Of a stretch of 64,000 bases of DNA, positions 27,201 to 39,200 are shown piece by piece. The position numbers and the translations under genes were made by a program. Under the pieces are notes generated by a model. It was given only the letters and a program-made list of their open reading frames with translations, was not told the origin of the DNA and made no database searches. Every line of letters starts with the position of its first letter. Within the stretch, counting starts at the first letter, position 1. This DNA is from Macrostomum lignano (lineage: Eukaryota): assembly GCA_002269645.1 (NCBI GenBank), contig NIVC01000939.1, forward strand, positions 62,001 to 126,000. Direction: 5' to 3'.

Positions 27201-30200
27201 CTCGCCTTTCTTGAACGCCACTGAAATGGCGATTTCTTGCATGAAGGCGGCCCGGAAGCAGCGCTTGACTGATCCTCAAGTCGTCTTTGAAGTTAATAAT
27301 CGTCAGGCGGCAGTAGCGGAAGGTGAGAGCCTGCAGAACCAGCGTCTTCGCATTTTGGGTCGAGAAGTGGAAGCTGCAATGGCTGCGATCACGGAGGAGA
27401 AGTGCAGACAATGGCACGAATTCACAATTTGTTACGGACCGCGGTGTCTGGCCCACGCAGACATTTTTGATTGATTGGATTGACTGTCAGATAATTTGGT
27501 CCTATTAAAGTCTTGTCGCGTTTTTGCTCGTCTGTTTTCCTGTTCTGTTATTTCTGTTACTGTTGCGCTTTCCCTGTTATCAATATACGCATGTTGAACT
27601 GACGAATTTCGCTCACTCTGTCAAATTCGCACTCACTTTCTGAGCCAGCCGGCCATAGACTACTGGGCCGCGGCTTCTGAGCCACTGTATTGAATTTGCT
27701 ATGGCTGACGAATTATATTATTGCTAAACCTGGTTGACAGATCGATTCTGTAGCTGCTTTTTAGCTGGCTGGCTTGTTTCACAACTGAAAACTGGAAACC
27801 CAAAACATCGCACTATTTCTAGAGAAGCTGCCTCCTGCAGAGAACTGCTCGGTACTCTATGCCAACGACATTCACTTTAAGTTCACGTACAAACTGTACA
27901 ACTCCAGCAACAGCAGCTTCTACTTTTTAAATTGTGGATTTACTGGTAAGCTTTTATATGCCACTATTCTTCAGCAAAATTCTATTTCAAATAAATCTCT
28001 TAAATTTCCAGACCAGACTGCCTGCTCTGACGGCTGGTACGGCTTCAAGGGCAGCTGCTACCGGACGTTCAACGAGTCCCTGACTGAGGCGGCGGCCAGC
28101 CAGGCCTGTGCGCGGAACAACAGCTTCCTGGTGACTTTCCCGAGCAGCGAGTACTACGAGTTCGTGAAGAGCCTGACCACGCTGCTGCCGTACCACGCCA
28201 AGTTTCCCAACTGGCTGCTGGGCTACGCAAAGCTGGACGGCTCTCAGGCGCAGTCGCCCGGCATCAGCGCGGTTGGCGACTTCGCAATGTACACCGGCCG
28301 GCCGGGCAGTGCCGGACAGAGCGCCTACTGGAACGGGAGCTACTCGAGATACTTCATGAGCAACGGCTCCGTCATTGCCGGTTCAGCGACCGCTGGTTAC
28401 GCGCCCGTCTGCGTCAGCAGTTCAGGTCCGGTCAGATGTTTAGAATTTATCACCTGCATTACCCATGGAAAAGTCATTGAGCTTCGTCATTGATCATAGA
28501 GATAGTCAATTTTCGTCTAAAACACCCCTCAGCCTTTGCTGCCTGCGGCCCGGCCTCGAACAGTTCGATGTCGATGTCTCTGCCCAGCGAGCTGTACCAG
28601 ATCCCGCAGCAGTGCCTGCAGCTGTGCCGCTCGGCTGGCCACTTGTATGCCGGCCTGCTGCCGGGAAGATGCAGCTGCACCAGTGCGCTGGCGAGTGGCG
28701 TCACGGCTGGAGATTTGGCAGACTGCTATGTGCAGCAGTGCAGCCAGGTGAAGTTCTCCAATTGCGGATTCAATGATACCAACTGGGCCTGGTACCGCAC
28801 TGGTAAGTTTTGACATTGGGAATTTTTATGGAAAAGTGTGTCATAAATTGAGATTGCTAATGAGATCTTTGATTGTTCAATACGAGCATACTCGTACAAT
28901 GGAATGCAACGCAGTGCAATAAAATATGCTTCACGTGTCATAATCTCGATTTTAATTTTCGACTTTCGATTTTTCAGACGACTCGCAGTTTCGAATTGCA
29001 TCGTCTTGCCAGGATCTGCAGAGCATGTTTTTCATGGTCCCCGCATCGCACAGGCTGGAAATGAGAGACACTGGCAGACAGTTCACAGCTACGTGCTTCT
29101 CCGAGAGGTAACCCCAGCCCAATAAGTTTTACTCTTTATGTTCTTTTGCGCTTATGGGGACTTCTTAATGACCGCTTTGGAACCATTTCAGCTCAGATTT
29201 CACTGTCACGAGCGCTTCCGCAAACCAAGCCAGCATTGAGTTCTTGCAGCCATTTATTGTCTCAGGTTACATCTTGCAAGGTAGACAGAGAGAATTTCTA
29301 ATGATCAAGAGCTTCTTTTGCATTCTCAACTGGCGTAGCTGTTTGCATTGCAGATGACGACGCCTTTAAGACGTTTCGCTACCAGTACAAAAGCATGGAG
29401 CTGAACTCCACCACTGCGGCCACAAACTTCGGGAACGATGTGAGCTTGGCGTGGATAATGTGGCATTGATTGAAAAACATTTAAAAATCTGGTGACCTGA
29501 CTTTGATTTCAGCAATACCCCGGCTTCGGTGCGTTTTTCACACCGAAGACGGTGCTGTTTGAGAAGCCCGTGCTGACCAGCCACTTCAAGCTGCAGACGG
29601 CAAATTCAGGGAAACAGTTCAGCTCGAAACTCAAGCTCAGGCCGATTGCTCAGCCCTACAAATCGTTTAATAGTGAGTAGAGCCCAGGGGAAATTCTGCA
29701 GATTTAGACTTGCCTGCAATTCGACCCTTTTCCACGCAATCTGCAACTGCAGGCAGTGACTCCTACTTGGGCTGCTACTACTTGCGTAGAGACTTCACAG
29801 CTGCTGACACCATCATGCCGCACTTCTCTGAAGCGGCCTCAGAGAATGAGTCCACCTGCACTGACGCTTGCAGATCGTGGGGCCTGCCCTACGCCATGTA
29901 CCGGGCTGGGGCTGATTCAGGTGAGCAGCATCATCGCTTAATGTTTTGCCTGTGGTAACTTTTCTATTCATTTGTTTAGGACGGCTTTAGGACGCAGCTA
30001 GACGCGAAATTGCATGCGTGCGCACTGACGCAAACGCAATTTTATGCAAGCGCGCAAGAACGTAGGTATGAGTCGATTATACGAGCACTTTTGGGCCACT
30101 TCTTAGAAACAGTTCGCGCCAGTGCAAGGTCCTGTCATCTAATAGAGTGAGCAAGCAACTTAGATTCACTAGACTAGAGTGAAATTTGCACAAGCACAAC

Positions 30201-33200
30201 CTGATTTCTGGAATCGCAGACAGTGAAAAGGCGAGCGCGGCCCGATGCGGCAGGCGCTGGCATTATAGTCAGAAACTGGACAGCTGTCTGGCAATCCACA
30301 AGAACATCCGGTTCAGAAATGCCAGCGCCCTGCTCGCTTCCTTCGATCCGGCCAAGCTCTCGGCAGAGGCGGCGTCTCTTTGCCAAGAACTCGGAGGCTC
30401 CGTCTATCAGCACAACGACTCCGACCTGCCTGTTTGGCTCGGTGAGTCCCGGCTCGGGATGTTACAGTGATGTTACAGCGATTTTACAGTGATGTTACAG
30501 CGATTTTACAGGGATGTTACAGAGATGTTACAGTGATGTTACAGAGATGTTACAGGGATGTTACAGCGATTTTACAGGGATTTTACAGGAATGTTACAGA
30601 GATGTTACAGTGATGTTACAGTGATGTTACAGCGATTTTACAGGGATGTTACAGAGATGTTACAGTGATGTTACAGAGATGTTACAGGGATGTTACAGCG
30701 ATTTTACAGGGATTTTACAGGAATGTTACAGAGATGTTACAGTGATGTTACAGTGATGTTACAGGGATGTTACAGGGATGTTACAGGGATGTTACAGCGA
30801 TTTTACAGGAATGTTACAGAGATGTTACAGTGATGTTACAGTGATGTTACAGGGATGTTACAGGGATGTTACAGAGATGTTACAGTGATGTTACAGTGAT
30901 GTTACAGGGATGTTACAGAGATGTTACAGCGATGTTACAGTGATGTTACAGAGATGTTACAGGGATGTTACAGTGATGTTACAGCCCTTAGGCTATCTGG
31001 ATAGGAACCCTTGATTTTCGAACCCGTGGGCGGCCAGGTTAATTTGGAGCTTTTGTAACGAAAATTGGCTAGTGAGGGGGGGTTATCGTTCGGTTCTCAT
31101 TCATGACGGCCAACAGATTGAAACTTTGTATCAGAACTTAAATATTGCAGCGCAGAGTAAATTTTATCTTGAGCTAATGATAATTTTATGTTCAATTTAA
31201 TCTTCGTCCTGCAAAAATCAATCGATGAGTTATAATCGTCAGAGCTCTGTTGCTGCTCCAAATTCTCAGTCAAGTATTATGATTACTCAAATGAGTCAGT
31301 GGGCTCTGAAACTTCAATTCGCGCTGTGAGTTTGAGCAAATAAAAATTCACTCGTTTCTCCACTACCTTCTATTTGAATTCATTCTAGACATTCTTCACA
31401 AACAGCAGCGAGGCCCCTGGGTGTACCTGCTGAACTCAAGTGAGTTTGTTATAAACTATACTAATTTCTTTATAAAATGTGATTTGCCAGAGTAAATGCA
31501 CGCTGCCTTCTCTTTGCAGCGAGCGGCTCTCTGGCGGCTTACTTCAGTGGCTACGACGGTGTCGTGGAAAAATTCTACAGAGGCGGCATGGATGAGAACC
31601 TTAACTTTAACAAGGGCCAGCTCACTCTGTCCGAACAAGTGGCCTATCCTCTGATCTGTTCTAAAGGTAACCATGCAGTCCCGAGCCTTACTTACCTGAC
31701 ATAAGATTGCGCGTGTGGTCAATATAATACAAGCCTTGTTAAAAAAACCCAACCCAGCTTCCAGCCCATTCATAAGTAACGAAAGTGCGACCTTCGGTGA
31801 AACAGCTAAAAATGGTACGTTGAATGTTCAATCGAAACTCGTAGAAAGCGTCTATTCTGAAATGAGCTCCAACATTTTTCTTGTTCAGGCAGCTGCTTCT
31901 GCGCTGTGGACTACACCACCTATGGAAAAGCTCTCTACGACGACCTGTGCGCCACCCCCTGCTCGGACTCTAACAATCCGCAGTGTCAGGACAATCTGGC
32001 CAGAGTTCATCGCACCTGGAGTGAGTTCCGAAGTTCTCATTATAATAAATTATTAGTAAAATATCTGTCTGGAATTGAAAAAAATGGCAGCAGCAAAGCA
32101 GCATGTCAGAATGTTTGTTTGACTCTCCCTTGCCAGACTTGGCCTGCTTTGAGACTCCATCCGTGCTGAATTCCGATATCGAAACGCAGCCGCAGCTGCG
32201 CTACCGTGTTGGCGGGACGCTGCTGGTCAGATGCATTCATGGTTTCGAGTTTGAGCCGGAGGTCAGGGACAACAGAACCTACGTGTGCGACCAGAGCGGC
32301 AGCTTTGCCTACCTGCTGAGCTCGGGGCACCGGTTCTACAACACTAGCGATGCGTGTGTCAGTGAGTGCACCATCTCCAGCCTGATGGCCTGGGAATTCA
32401 GATAACCAGTGCATGCACAATATTATAGAGTTTTTCTGGCCGCAGGAACATTTTTACACAGGAAATACACATTGCAAGAACGTTTTCAAAGCGGTGGCTG
32501 ATTCAGGAAATCGCCGCTGACAAATTTCAGTCAAGCGTTGCCCGATGCTCAACAACCAGACAGCTCCTGTTGCACTTCACACGACCTATCTGAGCGAAAA
32601 TACCACCTGGGCTAACTCGACAGTATTCGAATCATCGACTCAGTTTCTGTTCGATCTCACCGATCCCGATAACCGCGTGTTCAACTCCACGGCTGTGAAG
32701 CGCTGCAACCAGGGCTACCTGCCCAGCACTGACGTGGAAATTGTTTGCCAAGTGAACAAATCCTGGTCGAATTCCCACATTCAGTGTACTCGTAAGTAAA
32801 TTAAATTATATAGAATCCAAAAATTAATGTCTAGGACTCCACAAGAGTCTTTTCGTTGAATGAATTGCCATCGAAAATCTTAAACTCAGTTGTGAGAATC
32901 ACTCTGAGTCGGCCAATCGGGTTTGTTTATTCTAGGAATCATCTGCCCAAAGCCTGCAGAAGCGGAGCACACTCTGATCGAGCGACTCCATAGAAACCTC
33001 GGAGCATCCGGCAACCAGAGCAACATATCCTCGCTGGCCTTCAGAGACTATGTATTGTACAGACCGGCTGAAGGCTACGAGTTCCCACCAGCTGACGGTG
33101 TCGAGGACAACGGCTACAGAGGCATGTCCGAGTGGCGCACCGTCTGCCAGGCTAAAGGGAAGTGGAGCTCCCTGCCCCAACCTCGAAGTGAGTCTCGATT

Positions 33201-36200
33201 TGGTGCCAGGGACTGAACTCTGATTCTCACCCAAAATGGCATTTATGGTTGCCACCAGTGCACTGATGGCTAAAATAATTTCTCAAACACTTATTTTGCT
33301 GCAGAGATCTACTGCCACCTGAGGATCTCCAACCTGACCGCCCTGCCGAACGTCAGCCTGTCGCACTACAACAGCTCCGCTGCTCACAGGTACCTGGACA
33401 CAGCCGTGATTTCGTGCTCCAACTCAAGCACGCACGAGTTCGCGCAGGCGCCCAGCGTCCTGCAGTTCGACATTCAGTGCAATGCCGATCGGGTGTGGAC
33501 GAATGAGTCGGTGTGGAGCCAGGGCTGCAGATGTACGTTTTGTTTCTGGGCAGCTCACTCCATATCTAAGTTAAAATCAGTGACCTATTTTAATCAGTTC
33601 TTTGAACTTTGAACTCTAAAAGTTTTTTCCGTTGATTTCAGTGAGGGCCTGCCCTCCGCCGGCAATCCAGTCAGTGCCCTATCAGCTGGTCACTCCCAGC
33701 AACAACCAAACAATCAACATAAAGCAGCTGTACACAACGCCAGCTCTAAACGGCAGTGTTTTTGTGTTTAGTGAGCTGCAGCTGAGCTGCCCAGAAGGGT
33801 TTTACTTCCCCGAGAAAGCGCCTCGGTCAACAGTCTGTCTGTCGAACAAGACCTGGACATCTTTTACCGCCTGTGCAAGTGAGATTCAATTATTATCCTA
33901 TTTCCCTTACTCAATTCGCCTTGACTACCATCACTGTTGCTACACATAAAGGAAGCGGCTGCGGTGAGCCACCTGCTGTTCACAACACTAGCATCATCAG
34001 AAATGCTTCAAACATTGTCGGGGAGAAATTCCTGCTCTACGACTCGGTCTACTATGCAGCAGATGCTGGCTTCCAGTTCTCTGTGGTCAGGCGGTCCTGG
34101 CACTTCATCAGCTGTTTGTGGAATTCCAGCAACAATCGCAGCTACTGGACCGAGCTGCCGCCTCTGGAGTGTGAGTTCTGTCTCAGCTGTCATCTGAGTC
34201 ATTTCGGATTGCAATCTGTTATTGACACGAGTGTTTAAAAATATATATTCCACTCGTTACAGTGACAAACTGCTCCGCACCTGAGATTCCGCATGCAGTC
34301 TATCAAGTTCCTACCTGGAGTTCGGAGAAAAGTCTTACAAAATATTCGACAGTCAACATGAGCCTCCTCAGTCTCTCAGCCAATGCTTCAATGAAGGCGT
34401 TCTCAAAGGTCATCACCGAGTGCGCACCAGGACACAGGCATGTGGACAGCGTGAACTACATCGAGTGCAAAGCGAGTGGGGACTGGAGTCCAATGCCAAA
34501 CTGCTCTCGTGAGTAGCCTTTATCTCTAATTTTTTAGATACGAAGAATTTTCATACTTTAGCTTAAGTGCATGTTGTACCAGCATGTTACTGTCCCATTA
34601 TGCAGGCTTGAGCTGCTCGGAGCCGCCACAGATCGGCAACGCATCGGTGCTGAGCAGCGTGCTGCAGTCTCCGAACTCCAGCTGGTTTCTGTACGACTCC
34701 GTCATCTACAGAGCGAGTCCCGGCTTTCAGTTCAGTGCGGTGAACAGCACAGAGTGGTTCAGCACCTGCCTGTTACGGAGCGACAATGTCACTACCTACT
34801 GGACCGAGCCGCCACCTCTGGAGTGTAAGTTTTGTCTAAATATCAAATTACACTTCAAGCACCGTCAATATCCACGGCAAAAAGTAGCCACTATAATTCA
34901 TGTATATTCCCAAATCGTTATACATGTAGTAAGAGACTGCTCCGCACCTGAGATTCCGCATGCAGTCTATCAAGTTCCTACCTGGAGTTCGGAGAAAAGT
35001 CTTACAAAATATTCGACAGTCAACGTGAGCCTCCTCAGTCTCTCAGCCAATGCTTCAATGAAGGCGTTCTCAAAGGTCATCACCGAGTGCGCACCAGGAC
35101 ACAGGCATGTGGACAGCGTGAACTACATCGAGTGTAAAGCGAGTCTGAACTGGAGTCCGATGTCAAACTGCTCACGTGAGTAGCTTTTAACTCTAAATTA
35201 GTTAAGAAGACTTTATCATACTGTGCATTGTATACCAGCATGTTACTGTCCCATTATGCAGGCTTGAGCTGCTCGGAGCCGCCACAGATCGGCAACGCAT
35301 CGGTGCTGAGCAGCGTGCTGCAGTCTCCGAACTCCAGCTGGTTTCTGTACGACTCCGTCATCTACAGAGCGAGTCCCGGCTTTCAGTTCAGTGCGGTGAA
35401 CAGCACAGAGTGGTTCAGCACCTGCCTGTTACGGAGCGACAATGTCACTACCTACTGGACAGAGGTTTTACCTTCGACAAGTGAGCATAAATTTTGTCTA
35501 ATCTCTCTCAAACGCGGTGCTTTAAATGAAGAGAGAATAATGCATTGAATGCATTTTTCAATTTTTAACTGTACGGAATGTGATGAAGGTTTGTTCGCTG
35601 CTAATATGAATTTGCTCTAGCTATGTATTGAGACTTTTTACGAGCTTCTTTGTTTTCGGCGACTTACGGCACTTATCCAAGTGCTAGACTTGAAGTTCTC
35701 CGTTCGTTTTAGCTGAAAACCAATGTCCAAGTTTTTTATTATAGTTGTGGCGTATTAAAATAGGAACGCCTTTGACGTCATTTTCTTTTATTATCAATCA
35801 GGGATTCTCTGCACAAAGCCAGAAAACGCAACGAAGCTTGCATCAATTGAACGCTTGGAATGCATGTCTGGGACGTCGGAGCCCTGTGGTTTCAACAAAT
35901 CAAACCTAGCCTACGGCGACAGCTTAGTCTACCGCGCAGCTGAAGGCTACGAATTCCCGCCAGCCGGTGGCGTAGAGGACAATGGCGACAAAGGGCAATC
36001 GGAGTGGCACTCTGTCTGCCTGGCAACCGGGAACTGGAGCTTCGTACCGCAGCTGCGGAGTGAGATTCGTCTAATAATATTTATTTGTGTTAGCTGGTAA
36101 TATCGCATAGATTTTTGGATCACTTGAAAAGAGCAGAAGAATTTCCGCTTCCAAGTTACGTGTCGAAATGCATCGAAGGACTTCTTAAGTAAATAGCCCG

Positions 36201-39200
36201 TCGAACGTTTCACCCGGAATTTTTTCCGGAATTTTGTGATCCGGGCCCGATTTTTAATTGATTTCCGGGTGAAGGCCCGGATCAGCTTTTTTGGCCCGGA
36301 ACAGCCCCCTGTTCCGGAAAAAGATCCGGAAATATGATCCGGAAAATTTTCGGGAAAAGGAAAGCTGTTCCGGTCTGATTTTCCAGAATTTTTCACCCGG
36401 AACACTATGGAATTCTGGGTGTAGACCCGAATTTCAGTAGTGTTCCGGGTGAAAATGTTCCGGGTGAGATTTCGGGACTTGAGTCGGAATTCTCCAGTGA
36501 TCCGGACCAAATGATCCGGAAAATTCACCCGGATCAGCTCCCTTGACCCGAATTTCAGCCAAATTCTGGGCGAAGCTGATCCGGGAAAATTTCGGGACTT
36601 GAGTCGGAATTCCCCAGTGATCCGGACCAAATGATCCGGAAAATTCACCCGGATCAGCTCCCTTGACCCGAATTTCAGCCAAATTCTGGGCGAAGCTGAT
36701 CCGGGAAAATTTCGGGACTTGAGTCGGAATTCCCCAGTGATCCAGACCAAATGATCCGGAAAATTCACCCGGATCAGCTCCTTTGACCCGAATTTCAGCC
36801 AAATTCCGGGCAAAGCTGATCCGGGAAAATTTCGGGACTTGAGTCGGAATTCCCCAGTGATCCGGACCAAATGATCCGGAAAATTCACCCGGATCAGCTC
36901 CTTTGACCCGAATTTCAGCCAAATTCCGGGCAAAGCTGATCCGGGAAAATTTCGGGACTTGAGTTGGAATCAATCCGGCATCCATTATATAAGTTCCATG
37001 GGGATTTTGAGAGGAAGCCTCCGATGGAAAACCGCTGAATACAGACCCAGCAAATGGCTATCCCATCAGGCAATCCCTGGCATCCATTTGGTCAACGGCG
37101 CTAATTCCTCTTGGAAAGCGAGGGGTAATAAAGCCTCGAAATTGCAATGTGAATTGATCTGCTTTTCGGCGGCACTGTAGCGTCCGTAATGTGAGGCTGA
37201 GCCCATCCTCCGTACAGGTGACAATTGAAAAATTGTTGCGCCCTGTTTGTGTGCGAGAGGTTTGACTTCCACTGGCATGTAGTCTATCACAGCTGCTTAG
37301 TGTGTCAACGGTCTGAATGATTCTATCGTCATATTTGACGCTTAGAAGCATAAAATCAGCCAACCATATTGTTTGGCACAGCTGGGTGTCTAGACGGAGA
37401 CTGTGGCATGGTTCCAAATAGCTCTAACTGGCCCAGTATGCAAAGCAGCTTTCCTATTAAGATAGACGCTAATCCGATTTTTGTCGGTACATGCTTCCAG
37501 TGGTTTGTCTAAGGCGTTTGCAGTTGCACCAGCCGTGAGCAGATCACGTCTAGAGTAGTCTATACGGACTACTATGGTCGGTAACCATATCGTGTGGCTC
37601 AAGGCAGCTGATAAGCTGACCTGCGATGGATAATCAATCCTCGCTTCTGTTGTGGCTCAAGGCAGCTGATAAGCTGACCTGCGATGGATAATCAATCCTC
37701 GCTTCTGTTGTGGCTCAAGGCAGCTGATAAGCTGACCTGCGATGGATAATCAATCCTCGCTTCTGTTGTGGCTCAAGGCAGCTGATAAGCTGACCTGCGA
37801 TGGATAATCAATCCTTGCTTCTGTTGTGGCTCAAGGCAGCTGATAAGCTGACCTGCGATGGATAATCAATCCTCGCTTCTGTTGTGGCTCAAGGCAGCTG
37901 ATAAGCTGACCTGCGATGGATAATCAATCCTTGCTTCTGTTGTGGCTCAAGGCAGCTGATAAGCTGACCTGCGATGGATAATCAATCCTCGCTTCTGTTG
38001 TGGCTCAAGGCAGCTGATAAGCTGACCTGCGATGGATAATCAATCCTTGCTTCTGTTGTGGCTCAAGGCAGCTGATAAGCTGACCTGCGATGGATAATCA
38101 ATCCTCGCTTCTGTTGTGGCTCAAGGCAGCTGATAAGCTGACCTGCGAGGGGTAATAAAGCCTCGCTTTGATGAGACAACTTATCTGCTTTACGGCGGCA
38201 CTGTAGCGTCCGTAATGTGAGGCTGAGCCCATCCTCCGTACAGGTGACAATTGAAAAATTGTTGCGCCCTGTTTGTGTGCGAGAGGTTTGACTTCCACTG
38301 GCATGTAGTCTATCACAGCTGCTTAGTGTGTCAACGGGCTGAATGATTCTATCGTCATATTTGACGCTTAGAAGCATAAAATCAGCCAACCATATTGTTT
38401 GGCACAGCTGGGTGTCTAGACGGAGACTGTGGCATGGTTCCAAATAGCTCTAACTGGCCCAGTATGCAAAGCAGCTTTCCTATTAAGATAGACGCTAATC
38501 CGATTTTTGTCGGTGCATGCTCCATTGGTTTGTCTAAGGCGTTTGCAGTTGCACCAGCCGTGAGCAGATCACGTTGTCACGGCTGCTAACAAGAGTACCG
38601 GATCCCGGTATTCCGCCACTCTCTGGAAGGGGCCTTTGGATAGAAAGGCCCAAGCGATTGAAGCGACTGCTTTGGCGCGTGTGCCATCGCAGCAACCGCA
38701 GCCGTCACGATGCCCGTCATGCACCACAATGATGGATCAGATTCGGGCCCAAGGCGAAGCCGAGGACGAACTGTGTAAGTTTTTTATGCATATACTAGAA
38801 GACGTTAGCAGCATCGTATATATATATAAGTGTTGTCGATTCTTAAGTTTGAATCTGCTTCGCCACTCTCCTCATTTTTATGTACTTAATAGGACATCAA
38901 TTGAGCGGAGTTCGTGAAAAGCTGTCGGAGGCTCAAGCCGAAAATCGTCAGATGAAAGCTGAAGTTCTTCGATTGGAAGCTATCTCCGCCACGAGCTCGT
39001 CGGAATCCGACACGACCGTGGCGAGAAGCCAGGCAGTGCTCTTTCAATCTCGGCCAGCCGCAGAGCGGCAAAAGAAGGCGGACCAGGTGAAGGCGCGACG
39101 AATCGCCAGTGCTGCCGAAAATGAGGGGCCGACTTCTGGAAACATATATTTCCAGACGGCGAGCTACTCGAGGAGTGAAATGCGGGCGATGTCCAAGATC

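Noticed and set aside
35947-36985. 328-aa and 183-aa minus-strand ORFs
   Set aside because: Read-through of the transposon's 120-bp subterminal array.
37592-38148. CRISPR-like regular array
   Set aside because: Units are contiguous near-identical 58-mers with no unique spacers, no cas genes, and a eukaryotic context. The same applies to the other arrays.
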